Shown here piece after piece: positions 26,763-35,098 of a DNA stretch of 64,000 nucleotides. Within the stretch, counting starts at the first letter, position 1. Every line of letters starts with the position of its first letter. This DNA is from an uncultured Candidatus Saccharibacteria bacterium (GTDB taxonomy: Bacteria > Patescibacteriota > Minisyncoccia > UBA6257). The notes beneath the pieces are model-generated. The model was not told the DNA's origin, ran no database searches, and saw nothing but the letters and a program-made list of their open reading frames with translations. The position numbers and the translations under genes were made by a program. The stretch is taken from the NCBI GenBank assembly GCA_964479005.1, contig CAYZJA010000002.1, positions 64,001 to 128,000 of the forward strand. The letters are read 5' to 3'.

Positions 26763-26802
26763 GAGAGATAAAGAAAGAAATAAAAAAAAGGAGGAAAAAG
26801 AA

Positions 26803-27252
26803 ATGAAAGGAATGAAAAGAAAAGTACTATTTTTTGTTTTAGTAATTTTGCTGGGAGGTTTGTTGACAGGGTGTAATATTGTAATTACTGCACCTGATTG
26901 TTGCCCGTCTCAAATCGAGTGCAGCCTTACTGTAGTGGCAGACTCTTCAGAGGTATATGGAGAAATTGTTGTCAATGGTCAACGAACTGGAAAGTATATA
27001 TTACCTGGTCAATCAATAATAATTTACGGAGTTCTTTGCAATCAGATTGCGACGATTTCTATAGTTGATAATTGTGGGTATTGGTCGCACGAGGAGAATA
27101 TTTACATAATTCCAGGGTCAAACAACTATGTTGTCTTTAGTTACTGGGGTCCATACGGTGTATACAAGGAACAGCAGAAGGAACAGAATGACTATCAGGG
27201 ACAGAACGATTGTCATTGTCATTGTATGAGTATGATGAGTACGAAGGATTAA
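26803..27252 (+). CDS. lipoprotein
   Basis: Signal peptide with lipobox 'LLTGC'; RBS 'aaaggaggaaaaagaaATG'; Cys/His-rich tail. Confidence 0.55.
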   Translation: MKGMKRKVLFFVLVILLGGLLTGCNIVITAPDCCPSQIECSLTVVADSSEVYGEIVVNGQRTGKYILPGQSIIIYGVLCNQIATISIVDNCGYWSHEENIYIIPGSNNYVVFSYWGPYGVYKEQQKEQNDYQGQNDCHCHCMSMMSTKD

Positions 27253-27282
27253 ATAAGGGCTAAGAAGTTAGTAGTACAAAGT

Positions 27283-27323
27283 ATCAAGCTTGTTCAGTAA
27301 GTGGGCAAGCTTGATTTTTTTTA
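27283..27323 (+). terminator. rho-independent terminator
   Basis: Perfect 10-bp stem 'atcaagcttg..caagcttgat' followed by T8. Confidence 0.6.
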
Positions 27324-27456
27324 AATTCAATTTTCGTTTTGACATATAATATTGTTATTTGTCAGGAGGTGATAAATGTGGTATAATATAAATATAATTA
27401 GAAATTTATTAAAATTAATAGAAATTGATAGAAATTTATTGTAATATATATTAAAT

Positions 27457-28443
27457 ATGAAAATGTTATCTAAAATTAAAAATTGGTTTTTGCCGACTAA
27501 AGAGAATAATTTTCAGCCAAGCGTTTTAAGCGACAGGGCGATTTCTGTTTTTATACTTTTATTTTTATTGGTAAAAGTTATTTTTAGTTTTAATTTAATA
27601 TTAGTAAAACAGTCTTCTCTTTTTGCCGATATTAGCGCTCAAAGAATAATATTTTTAACTAATGAAGTTCGTCAGCAATATGATTTGCCTCTTGTGCAAG
27701 AAGATTCATTATTAAACAAGGCTGCCCAGGAAAAGGCTCAGGATATGTTTAAAAATAAATATTTTAGTCATTATAGCCCAGCTGGAACTTCTCCTTGGCA
27801 TTGGATAGATAAATCTGGATATGATTATTATTATGCTGGGGAAAATTTGGCAATGAATTTTTTAGACACCGAAGAAGTAATAGAAGGATGGCTTAATTCC
27901 CCTTCTCATAGGGAAAATCTTTTGAATAAAGACTATAAAGACATGGGAATTGCTGTTGTTTCAGGAGATTTTAATAGTGAAGGAATTAACAGGATTTTGG
28001 TAGTGCAGATGTTTGCTTCTAAAGCCAAACCATCAATTCCTGTAGCTATGGCTCAAGTTCCTCCAGAGGTTATTCCTTCTGAGGAAATTTTGGAAGAAAA
28101 CAAAGTTTTACCTGAAACAACGGAAACAACAATTCAGACGATTATTGGGGTTGCAGAGGAACAGGCGAAAGATATAACCAGTAAACAGGTTTTAGCGCAA
28201 AAAAATGTATTAGCTCAAATTAATAATAATACAAGAAATCAGGTAGAAACAACGAATAAAGTTATTGCTGGGTTTATAATTCTTTTGGGGGTAATGGCTA
28301 TTGCGGGAATTATTTTGCAGCAGAAAACAATTAGTTTTGGTCTTTCCGAACTCGTTTTAAGAAGCGCAATTATTATTATTTTAGGCGTGTCGTTTACCGC
28401 TTTTCATTTAGAGAATTTAATAGGACACTTGATGATATCTTAA
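27457..28443 (+). CDS. CAP/SCP/PR1-like domain exported protein with C-terminal TM segments
   Basis: N-terminal TM, then 'GENLAMNF..EEVIEGWLNSPSHRENLLNKDYKDMGIAVV' (CAP domain HxxN/GxN motifs), then a C-terminal hydrophobic region. Confidence 0.65.
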   Translation: MKMLSKIKNWFLPTKENNFQPSVLSDRAISVFILLFLLVKVIFSFNLILVKQSSLFADISAQRIIFLTNEVRQQYDLPLVQEDSLLNKAAQEKAQDMFKNKYFSHYSPAGTSPWHWIDKSGYDYYYAGENLAMNFLDTEEVIEGWLNSPSHRENLLNKDYKDMGIAVVSGDFNSEGINRILVVQMFASKAKPSIPVAMAQVPPEVIPSEEILEENKVLPETTETTIQTIIGVAEEQAKDITSKQVLAQKNVLAQINNNTRNQVETTNKVIAGFIILLGVMAIAGIILQQKTISFGLSELVLRSAIIIILGVSFTAFHLENLIGHLMIS

Positions 28444-28488
28444 TTGTTATTTGTTGATTGTTACTTGTTATTTGCTATTATGTAGGAT

Positions 28489-29175
28489 ATGTTTAAAGAT
28501 TTAAAGCTTTTTTTTCAGATTTTTTTTATAATTTTTATAATTTCTTTTTTTATTTTTAATGGGGCTGCTTTTTTTGATTTAGTAAATTATAAAATTAATA
28601 AATCAACAGAAGTCATAAAGCAAGAATTAATTCGTACTCCTTCTTTTTTAACTAATTTGCCTACACTTGAGGGAATACAATCTTTAATACCAAGCATTAT
28701 TTCACCTGTAATTAGGCCTATTCCTCCTGAAGCAAAAAATGCCAATATTTTAGAAATACCTCAGTTTAATATTAAAGCGCCAATTTTGGAGGTGGAAACA
28801 GCTGATTCAGAGACAATTTATAAAAAATTAAGACAAGGCGTTGTATTATACCCAGGTTCTGATATTCCTGGTAAGGGTTATTCTATTATCGTAGGGCATA
28901 GCTCACAATATCCTTGGGATCCAGGCAGATATAAATCAGTGTTTTCTTTATTAAACCAATTAGAGCAAGGTGATAAAGTTTATGTATTTTGGGATCAAAG
29001 ACCATTAGTTTTTGAAGTAAAAGAGAAAAAGATATTTTTGCCTTGGCCCAAAGGAACAGAAAGCACTGAAATTATTTTTCCGCCAAGCGATGAGAGAACT
29101 TTAATCTTACAAAGCTGCTGGCCTGTAGGCGTTGCCTCTAAAAGAGTGGCAGTGAAAACGGTTCTTGTAAGATAA
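28489..29175 (+). CDS. sortase-family transpeptidase
   Basis: N-terminal TM, 'IIVGHSS' (His), 'TLILQSCWP' (TLxTC catalytic Cys) and a conserved Arg near the C-terminus. Confidence 0.7.
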   Translation: MFKDLKLFFQIFFIIFIISFFIFNGAAFFDLVNYKINKSTEVIKQELIRTPSFLTNLPTLEGIQSLIPSIISPVIRPIPPEAKNANILEIPQFNIKAPILEVETADSETIYKKLRQGVVLYPGSDIPGKGYSIIVGHSSQYPWDPGRYKSVFSLLNQLEQGDKVYVFWDQRPLVFEVKEKKIFLPWPKGTESTEIIFPPSDERTLILQSCWPVGVASKRVAVKTVLVR

Positions 29176-29219
29176 TCTTTTTTTTGTTATGCTAATTTGG
29201 TTCGTTCCAAAATTATAAT

Positions 29220-29294
29220 GCCGTCATCGTCTAGCTTGGTTTAGGACACGGGGCCTTCAATCCCGTAACATGGGTTCAAATCCCATTGACGGCA
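29220..29294 (+). tRNA. tRNA-Glu(TTC)
   Basis: Architecture parallels E. coli tRNA-Glu (TC-GTCT..AGGAC-A, variable TAAC). Stem CGGGG/TCCCG with loop CCTTCAA, which has C rather than U at position 33 as parsed. Confidence 0.7.
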
Positions 29295-29313
29295 CTCTTC
29301 ATTTTTCTTATTT

Positions 29314-30435
29314 ATGACAATTTTAGGAATTGAGAGTTCTTGTGATGAAACGGCTGTTGGTGTTTTAGAAATAAAAAAAATCAAAGCCGGTTTTTTTATT
29401 AATCCACTTTCTAATGTAGTAGCTAGCCAGATAAAAATACATAGAAAATATGGAGGAGTGGTGCCTATGTTAGCGAGCAGAGAGCACACAAAGAACATTT
29501 CAGTAGTAACTAAAAAAGCGCTAAAAGAAGCATTCGGTTCTGAAAAAGATATTGTTCAAAAAATAGATCTCATAGTTGTTACAAAAGGCCCAGGGTTAAT
29601 TTTATCTCTTTTGATTGGAGTTAATTTTGCCAAAACATTAGCTTGGAAGTGGAATAAACCAATAATTGGGATTAATCATTTGGAAGGCCATCTCCATAGT
29701 TTCTTGTTGCCGCAAAAAACTAAAAATTTAAAACAAATACACAATACAAAATACAGAGCACAGAAGACAAAATCTGTCTTTCCATCAATTTGTCTTTTAG
29801 TTTCTGGGGGAAATACACAATTAATTCATGTAAAAGGCATTGGAAAATATAAAATTATTGGAGAAACTCGCGATGATGCCGCTGGAGAATGTTTTGATAA
29901 AGGAGCAAGAATTTTAGGCCTTAGTTATCCAGGAGGGCCGAGCATTGCTGCTGAAACAGCAAAATTAAAAATTAAAAATTTAAAGTTAAAAATTAGCTTT
30001 AGTCTTCCTCGGCCTATGATTGATTCTGAGAATTATGATTTTTCTTTTTCCGGACTTAAAACCGCTTTACTTTATTTAACTCAAGATATTGGGCCAAAAA
30101 AGGTGAAAAAATATCGTCAAGCTATTGCTTATGAGTTTCAGGAAGCTATTGTTGATGTTTTAATTAGGAAAACAATAAAAGCTGCTAAAGAATTTAAAAC
30201 GAAATCCATTATTTTAGCTGGCGGTGTCTCTGCCAATAAACGATTAAAAGAAAAATTTCAAGAAAGGTTAAAAAAGGAAAAATTGAATATTAAATTGCTT
30301 GTTCCAAAATTGGAATACGCAACTGATAATGCTATAATGATAGCGCTTGCGGGATTTTTCCAATATATTAAGCATGGTAAAAAATCTTTGAGCTGGAAAA
30401 GGATTAAAGCAGATGCAAATTTAAGATTGAGATGA
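29314..30435 (+). CDS. tsaD: tRNA N6-adenosine threonylcarbamoyltransferase TsaD (Kae1/Gcp family)
   Basis: 'MTILGIESSCDETAVGV', 'GINHLEGH' and 'LVSGGNTQL'; ends with a TGA stop. Confidence 0.85.
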   Translation: MTILGIESSCDETAVGVLEIKKIKAGFFINPLSNVVASQIKIHRKYGGVVPMLASREHTKNISVVTKKALKEAFGSEKDIVQKIDLIVVTKGPGLILSLLIGVNFAKTLAWKWNKPIIGINHLEGHLHSFLLPQKTKNLKQIHNTKYRAQKTKSVFPSICLLVSGGNTQLIHVKGIGKYKIIGETRDDAAGECFDKGARILGLSYPGGPSIAAETAKLKIKNLKLKISFSLPRPMIDSENYDFSFSGLKTALLYLTQDIGPKKVKKYRQAIAYEFQEAIVDVLIRKTIKAAKEFKTKSIILAGGVSANKRLKEKFQERLKKEKLNIKLLVPKLEYATDNAIMIALAGFFQYIKHGKKSLSWKRIKADANLRLR

Positions 30436-30454
30436 ATATAATATAACAAGAACG

Positions 30455-32644
30455 TTGAAATTGATATGTAACTATTTCAATTATAAAATAGTGAATAAAA
30501 TTTACGAACCACAAAAAACCGAGCAGAAAATTTACCGACTTTGGAAAAAGTCGGGCTATTTTAATCCTGATAAATTACCTAACAAAAAAAGCAAGCCGTT
30601 TTGTATTATAATGCCTCCGCCTAATGCAAATGCCCCTTTGCATATTGGGCATGGAGTTTTTGTCACTTTGCAGGATATAATAATTCGTTATCAGAGAATG
30701 AAAGGAAGAAAGGCTTTATGGTTGCCAGGCACAGATCATGCCGGGTTTGAAACTCAAGTTGTTTTTGAAAAGAAATTAAAAAAAGAAGGAAAATCTGGTT
30801 TAGATATGCCGCGCGATGAATTTTATAAAGCGGTTTGGGAATATACACAAAAAAATAGAGAAGTTGTTAAAAAACAATTAGAACAGTTAGGCGCTTCATG
30901 TGATTGGTCTCGTGAAAAATTTACTCTTGATAGAGATATTCAAAAAATCGTTTATCAAACATTAGAGCGGTTATGGAAGGATAAATTGCTTTATCGCGGC
31001 AAAAGAATAGTTAATTATTGCCCCAAACATAAAACAGCCTTTTCTGATTTGGAAGTCAAGTATAAAGAAGAGAAAGGAAGATTATATTTTGTGGAATATA
31101 GATGTAGAGACAAAAATGAATCAATCACTGTTGCCACTACAAGGCCAGAAACTATTCCTGGCGATGTTGCCATTGCTGTTAATTCTAATGATAGAAGATA
31201 CAAAGAGTTAATTGGGGAAAGCGTGATAGAGCCTATTACCAAAAGGGAAATTCCTATTATTAGTGATGAGGCTGTGGATATTGATTTTGGCACTGGTGCA
31301 TTAAAAATTACGCCAGCCCATGATTCTTTAGATTTTGAAATTGGGCAAAGGCATAATTTAGAAACAAAAGAGACATTAGATTTTGATGGGTATTTCAATG
31401 AATTAGCCGGTCCTTTAGCAGGATTAAATATCGCAGATGCGAGGGAAAAATCGGTTGATATTTTAAGAAAAAACAGGGCATTAGTTAAAGAAGATGATTA
31501 TGTTCATGAGATTGGCCATTGTTATAAATGCGAGACAGTTATAGAGCCAATGTTGATGAATCAATGGTTTATAGCTGTAACAAAGTCATTGCCTAAGACA
31601 AAAGAATCTTTACGTGATTTAGCTGTTGACGCAGTAAAGAATAAAAAAATAAAGATTATACCAAAACATTTTGAAAAAGTCTTTTTCCATTGGATGAAGA
31701 ACATAAAAGATTGGAATATTTCGCGCCAAATTCGTTGGGGAATTCCAATCCCTGCTTATTATTGTGATGACTGCGGAAAATCTTTTATTAAAGCGAAAGG
31801 AAATGTATCAAATTGTATTTATTGCAAAAGCGGAAATATTAAAAGCGATTCAGACGTATTAGATACTTGGTTTTCTTCAGGGCAGTGGCCGTTTGCCACT
31901 CTTTTAACATCTAAAAATAAAAAGGATTTTAAAACTTTTTACCCAACTGATGTAATGGAAACAGGCTGGGATATTTTATTTTTTTGGGTGGCAAGGATGA
32001 TAATGTTTGGAATTTATTGCACAGGAAAGATTCCTTTTAAGGCTGTATATTTGCATGGATTAGTAAGGGATAAAGATCGCCAAAAAATGTCTAAATCCAA
32101 AGGTAATGTAATTGACCCTTTGGCAATTGCTAAAATTTATGGAACAGACGCTGTAAGGATGGCTTTAATAATTGGCAATACTGCTGGCAGCGATATTATT
32201 ATTTCCGAAGAAAAAATCAAGGGATATCGTAATTTTGCAAATAAAATTTGGAATGCATCCCGCTTTGTTTTGATGAATTTAAAAAATTTTGATGGGAAAA
32301 AATCTGCTTTAACTACGCAAGACAAGAAGCTTTTAAAAAATTTGGAAATTATAAAGAAAAAAATGACTCACCATTTGGATAATTTTCATTTTTCTTTGGC
32401 AGGAGAATTAATTTATCATTATTTTTGGCATACTTTTGCTGACAAGATAATTGAAGAGATGAAAAATAGAATTAAAGATAATAAAGATAAAAAACAGGCA
32501 CAGTATGTACTTTACAAGATTCTTATTGATTGTTTGAAGATGCTTCATCCATTTATGCCATTTGTGACAGAAGAAATATGGCAGAAAATCCCTCGATATA
32601 AGGACAAAAGAGCAGATTTATTAATAATAGAAAAATGGCTTTAA
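30455..32644 (+). CDS. valS: valyl-tRNA synthetase (short form lacking C-terminal coiled coil)
   Basis: 'PPPNANAPLHIGHG' (HIGH), 'WLPGTDHAGFETQ' and 'KMSKSKGNVIDP'. The start codon is uncertain (TTG at 30455, or downstream). Confidence 0.8.
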   Translation: MKLICNYFNYKIVNKIYEPQKTEQKIYRLWKKSGYFNPDKLPNKKSKPFCIIMPPPNANAPLHIGHGVFVTLQDIIIRYQRMKGRKALWLPGTDHAGFETQVVFEKKLKKEGKSGLDMPRDEFYKAVWEYTQKNREVVKKQLEQLGASCDWSREKFTLDRDIQKIVYQTLERLWKDKLLYRGKRIVNYCPKHKTAFSDLEVKYKEEKGRLYFVEYRCRDKNESITVATTRPETIPGDVAIAVNSNDRRYKELIGESVIEPITKREIPIISDEAVDIDFGTGALKITPAHDSLDFEIGQRHNLETKETLDFDGYFNELAGPLAGLNIADAREKSVDILRKNRALVKEDDYVHEIGHCYKCETVIEPMLMNQWFIAVTKSLPKTKESLRDLAVDAVKNKKIKIIPKHFEKVFFHWMKNIKDWNISRQIRWGIPIPAYYCDDCGKSFIKAKGNVSNCIYCKSGNIKSDSDVLDTWFSSGQWPFATLLTSKNKKDFKTFYPTDVMETGWDILFFWVARMIMFGIYCTGKIPFKAVYLHGLVRDKDRQKMSKSKGNVIDPLAIAKIYGTDAVRMALIIGNTAGSDIIISEEKIKGYRNFANKIWNASRFVLMNLKNFDGKKSALTTQDKKLLKNLEIIKKKMTHHLDNFHFSLAGELIYHYFWHTFADKIIEEMKNRIKDNKDKKQAQYVLYKILIDCLKMLHPFMPFVTEEIWQKIPRYKDKRADLLIIEKWL

Positions 32645-33354
32645 CGCTTATTTTAGCTAGTTTATGCGGTATTTTACCAATAGTCTTATGGTTAATATTT
32701 TTTCTTTGGCAGGATATTAAAAAACCAGAACCTTTGCGATGGATAGGTATTCTTTTTTTATTAGGAATGGCTATTACGCCTTTTGTCTGGTTTTTGGAGA
32801 ATTATTTTATTGATTTGTTACAAATTGATATTAATGTTGCGCTTCCTTTTTTTGTTTCCGCTTTTGTTTATTTAGTCGTAGCAGGAATAGAAGAATTGGC
32901 TAAATTTTTTAGCGCCGCTTTACTTTTAAGGAAAAACAAATATTTTGATGAGGCTATAGACGCGATGATTTATTTGATTGTTTTAGGATTAGGATTTGGA
33001 GTGGTAGAAAATATTTTGATTTCTTATCAGGAAATTTCTTCTGGAGGACATTTTTTATCAACTTTTCAAATAACAACCTTGCGTTTTATTGGGGCTAATC
33101 TTCTTCATGCCTTAAGTTGCGGATTAATAGGTTTTTTCTGGGCTTTAAAATTAGTTACTGGGAAAAAGAGATATTTAGGCATTGGTTTAACATTAGGAAT
33201 TTTATTGCACTGGGTCTTTAATATTGCTATTATAAATTTAGGTGGCGACGCAGTATTTTTAATAAGTTTAATTTTGTTTCTTGTTGGAGTCGTCGTTCTT
33301 TGGGCATTTGATGTTCTTAAACAAATTAAAAAACCAATAGCAATTAAAAAATAA
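32635..33354 (+). CDS. PrsW-like intramembrane protease family protein
   Basis: Polytopic membrane protein with 'IEELAKF' and 'NLLHALSCG...HWVFN' motifs resembling PrsW/YpdC. Confidence 0.5.
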   Translation: MALTLILASLCGILPIVLWLIFFLWQDIKKPEPLRWIGILFLLGMAITPFVWFLENYFIDLLQIDINVALPFFVSAFVYLVVAGIEELAKFFSAALLLRKNKYFDEAIDAMIYLIVLGLGFGVVENILISYQEISSGGHFLSTFQITTLRFIGANLLHALSCGLIGFFWALKLVTGKKRYLGIGLTLGILLHWVFNIAIINLGGDAVFLISLILFLVGVVVLWAFDVLKQIKKPIAIKK

Positions 33355-33386
33355 CAACTAACAAATAACAAATAATAAATAATAAG

Positions 33387-33779
33387 ATGGTAGAAAAAAC
33401 AAAGTCAGAAGATGTTAAAAATACTAATCCATGGCCATCATCAGAAGAAGAAGGGGAATTGGCAGTTGATCTTTGCGAAAATAAAGATGAACTAATTCTT
33501 CAGGCGGTAATCGGTGGAGTAGTAATAAGCGACTTAGATATTTCAATTACTAATGATATGATTACTATTCGAGCTGAAAGAAATAGAGAAAATAAAGATA
33601 AAATTGAAAAAGTTTATTATGACGAATGTTTTTGGGGTCCGTTTTCCCGTTCTTTAATTCTTCCCCAGGAAATAAATGCGGATAAAGCAAAGGCAACAAT
33701 CAAAAATGGCATGCTAACTATTCATTTGCCTAAACTAATGAAAACTAAAAGAAAAACTTTAAAGATTGAAGAAGAATAA
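33387..33779 (+). CDS. Hsp20/alpha-crystallin small heat-shock protein
   Basis: 'AVDLCENKDELILQAVIGGVV..ITIRAER' alpha-crystallin domain and C-terminal 'IKI'-like motif. Confidence 0.8.
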   Translation: MVEKTKSEDVKNTNPWPSSEEEGELAVDLCENKDELILQAVIGGVVISDLDISITNDMITIRAERNRENKDKIEKVYYDECFWGPFSRSLILPQEINADKAKATIKNGMLTIHLPKLMKTKRKTLKIEEE

Positions 33780-33813
33780 TAGTGAGTAGATTATTGCCGC
33801 GGTGGCGGAATTT

Positions 33814-33898
33814 GCGGACGTGGTGAAATTGGAAAACACATAGGACCTAGAATCCTATGCCGAAAGGCTTGTGGGTTCGAGTCCCACCGTCCGCACCA
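33814..33898 (+). tRNA. tRNA-Leu(TAG), class II, CCA encoded
   Basis: Acceptor GCGGACG/CGTCCGC, anticodon stem ATAGGA/TCCTAT with loop CCTAGAA, long variable arm. Preceded by a 17-nt partial duplicate of its 5' end (33797-33813). Confidence 0.7.
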
Positions 33899-33970
33899 GT
33901 TCAATAAAATTAAAAACCCCGTTTTAACGGGGTTTTTAAATGATAGCCGAAAAATTACCAAACAATTTTT

Positions 33971-34312
33971 TTAAAAGGTAACTGTTTTTCCGAGAAATGT
34001 ACCTACTACATACATTAATCCTTTAGCTAATAATGCTACACCTATACCTATTAAAGCATGTACAAGACCACTTAATGCTTTTTTTGCTTTTTCGTCATCT
34101 CCTGCAGCAGTGATATAGAGCCACCCTGAATAGACAATGTAAAGTGCTGCTATAAAGAGCACAATATTAAAAAACCACTGTACAGTTTTTTCTAGAAGAG
34201 TCCAAATGTCAACTCCGGTTGCTGATGGAAGATCTTGTACAGTATAGGCGCCAAAAACAGGGATAGCTATCAACATTGTCATGGCTAAAATAGGCAAAAT
34301 AATTTTTTTCAT
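33971..34312 (-). CDS. VirB2/TrbC-like pilin (stand-alone pilin module)
   Basis: 113 aa: signal peptide, 'IVLFIAALYIVYSGWLYITAAGDDEKAKKALSGLVHALIGIGVALLAKG', two hydrophobic helices. Confidence 0.55.
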   Translation of the reverse strand: MKKIILPILAMTMLIAIPVFGAYTVQDLPSATGVDIWTLLEKTVQWFFNIVLFIAALYIVYSGWLYITAAGDDEKAKKALSGLVHALIGIGVALLAKGLMYVVGTFLGKTVTF

Positions 34313-34370
34313 TTTTTTATTTGATTAAAATTAGTTTCATATTCGACCTTTTTTCTTTAATGTAAATTAT

Positions 34371-34470
34371 AACAACCTTTCGCTAAAACTCAAGAACGTT
34401 GAATTAAAACTAGTAAGTTTTAATATTAACAACCTTTCGCTAAAACTCAAGAACGTTTCAATCAAAATGT
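34371..34470 (+). repeat. tandem copies (one full ~57 nt, one partial) of the repeat AACAACCTTTCGCTAAAACTCAAGAACGTTGAATTAAAACTAGTAAGTTTTAATAT
   Basis: Full copy at 34371-34427, second copy starting 34428; a third copy in inverted orientation lies at 46243-46300, and the core CAAGAACGTTGAA occurs at 30447-30459. Confidence 0.7.
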
Positions 34471-34588
34471 ATCATTTCAATTATTTAATATATATTGAAA
34501 TATATATTAAAATTAAAATAAAAGTATTTTAATTATAGCAAATTGCAATCGTGATATCAACATAAATTTTAATTTTCAAAAGGAGAAT

Positions 34589-35092
34589 TTATATTTGAAT
34601 AGACTCAGGAAGTTCATTATCTATTTCTTCTATTTCTTCAGATTCTCCAAAAATAAATTCTTCAATAATAGTGGGCACGCTGCTGGCTATTAGAACAACG
34701 CCAAATCCTATTAAAGCCCAGATAAGAGCCTTTTGCGCAGTTTTTACTTTGTCTTCATTTCCAGCAGAAGTGATATATAAATATCCCGCATAAACTACTA
34801 AGATTGCAGTGATTGGAATAGCCAATCTAATTAAGAAATTAATGATATTTTTTATTAAAGAGGTAATATCACCTGTTTCTCCATATGGGTTGATATATAA
34901 ACCAGTAGACGTTGGACTACTATCATTGGTAGAACCAACTTCTTCTTCGGTGTTTCCGATTTCCACATCAATAGGAATCTCTGCCTGACTTTGTATTGGG
35001 CTTAAAAATAAGCTTAACAATACTAAATTAATAATTAGAATAGTTAATAAGACGATATTTATTTTTGTAGAATTTTTTGACATTGATTTCAT
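34589..35092 (-). CDS. pilin-module protein with N-terminal acidic extension and acidic C-terminal tail
   Basis: N-terminal TM, acidic linker, then 'LAIPITAILVVYAGYLYITSAGNEDKVKTAQKALIWALIGFGVVLIA'. Confidence 0.5.
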   Translation of the reverse strand: MKSMSKNSTKINIVLLTILIINLVLLSLFLSPIQSQAEIPIDVEIGNTEEEVGSTNDSSPTSTGLYINPYGETGDITSLIKNIINFLIRLAIPITAILVVYAGYLYITSAGNEDKVKTAQKALIWALIGFGVVLIASSVPTIIEEFIFGESEEIEEIDNELPESIQI

Positions 35093-35098
35093 AATTGG

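Noticed and set aside
29220-29294. UGA-decoding tRNA (anticodon TCA) and an alternative genetic code (code 25)
   Set aside because: The loop reads CCTTCAA, best parsed as TTC (Glu). TGA clearly terminates conserved genes (e.g. tsaD at 30433-30435), so the standard code applies.
29241-29498. Minus-strand 85-aa ORF
   Set aside because: Overlaps tRNA-Glu and the 5' end of tsaD on the opposite strand.
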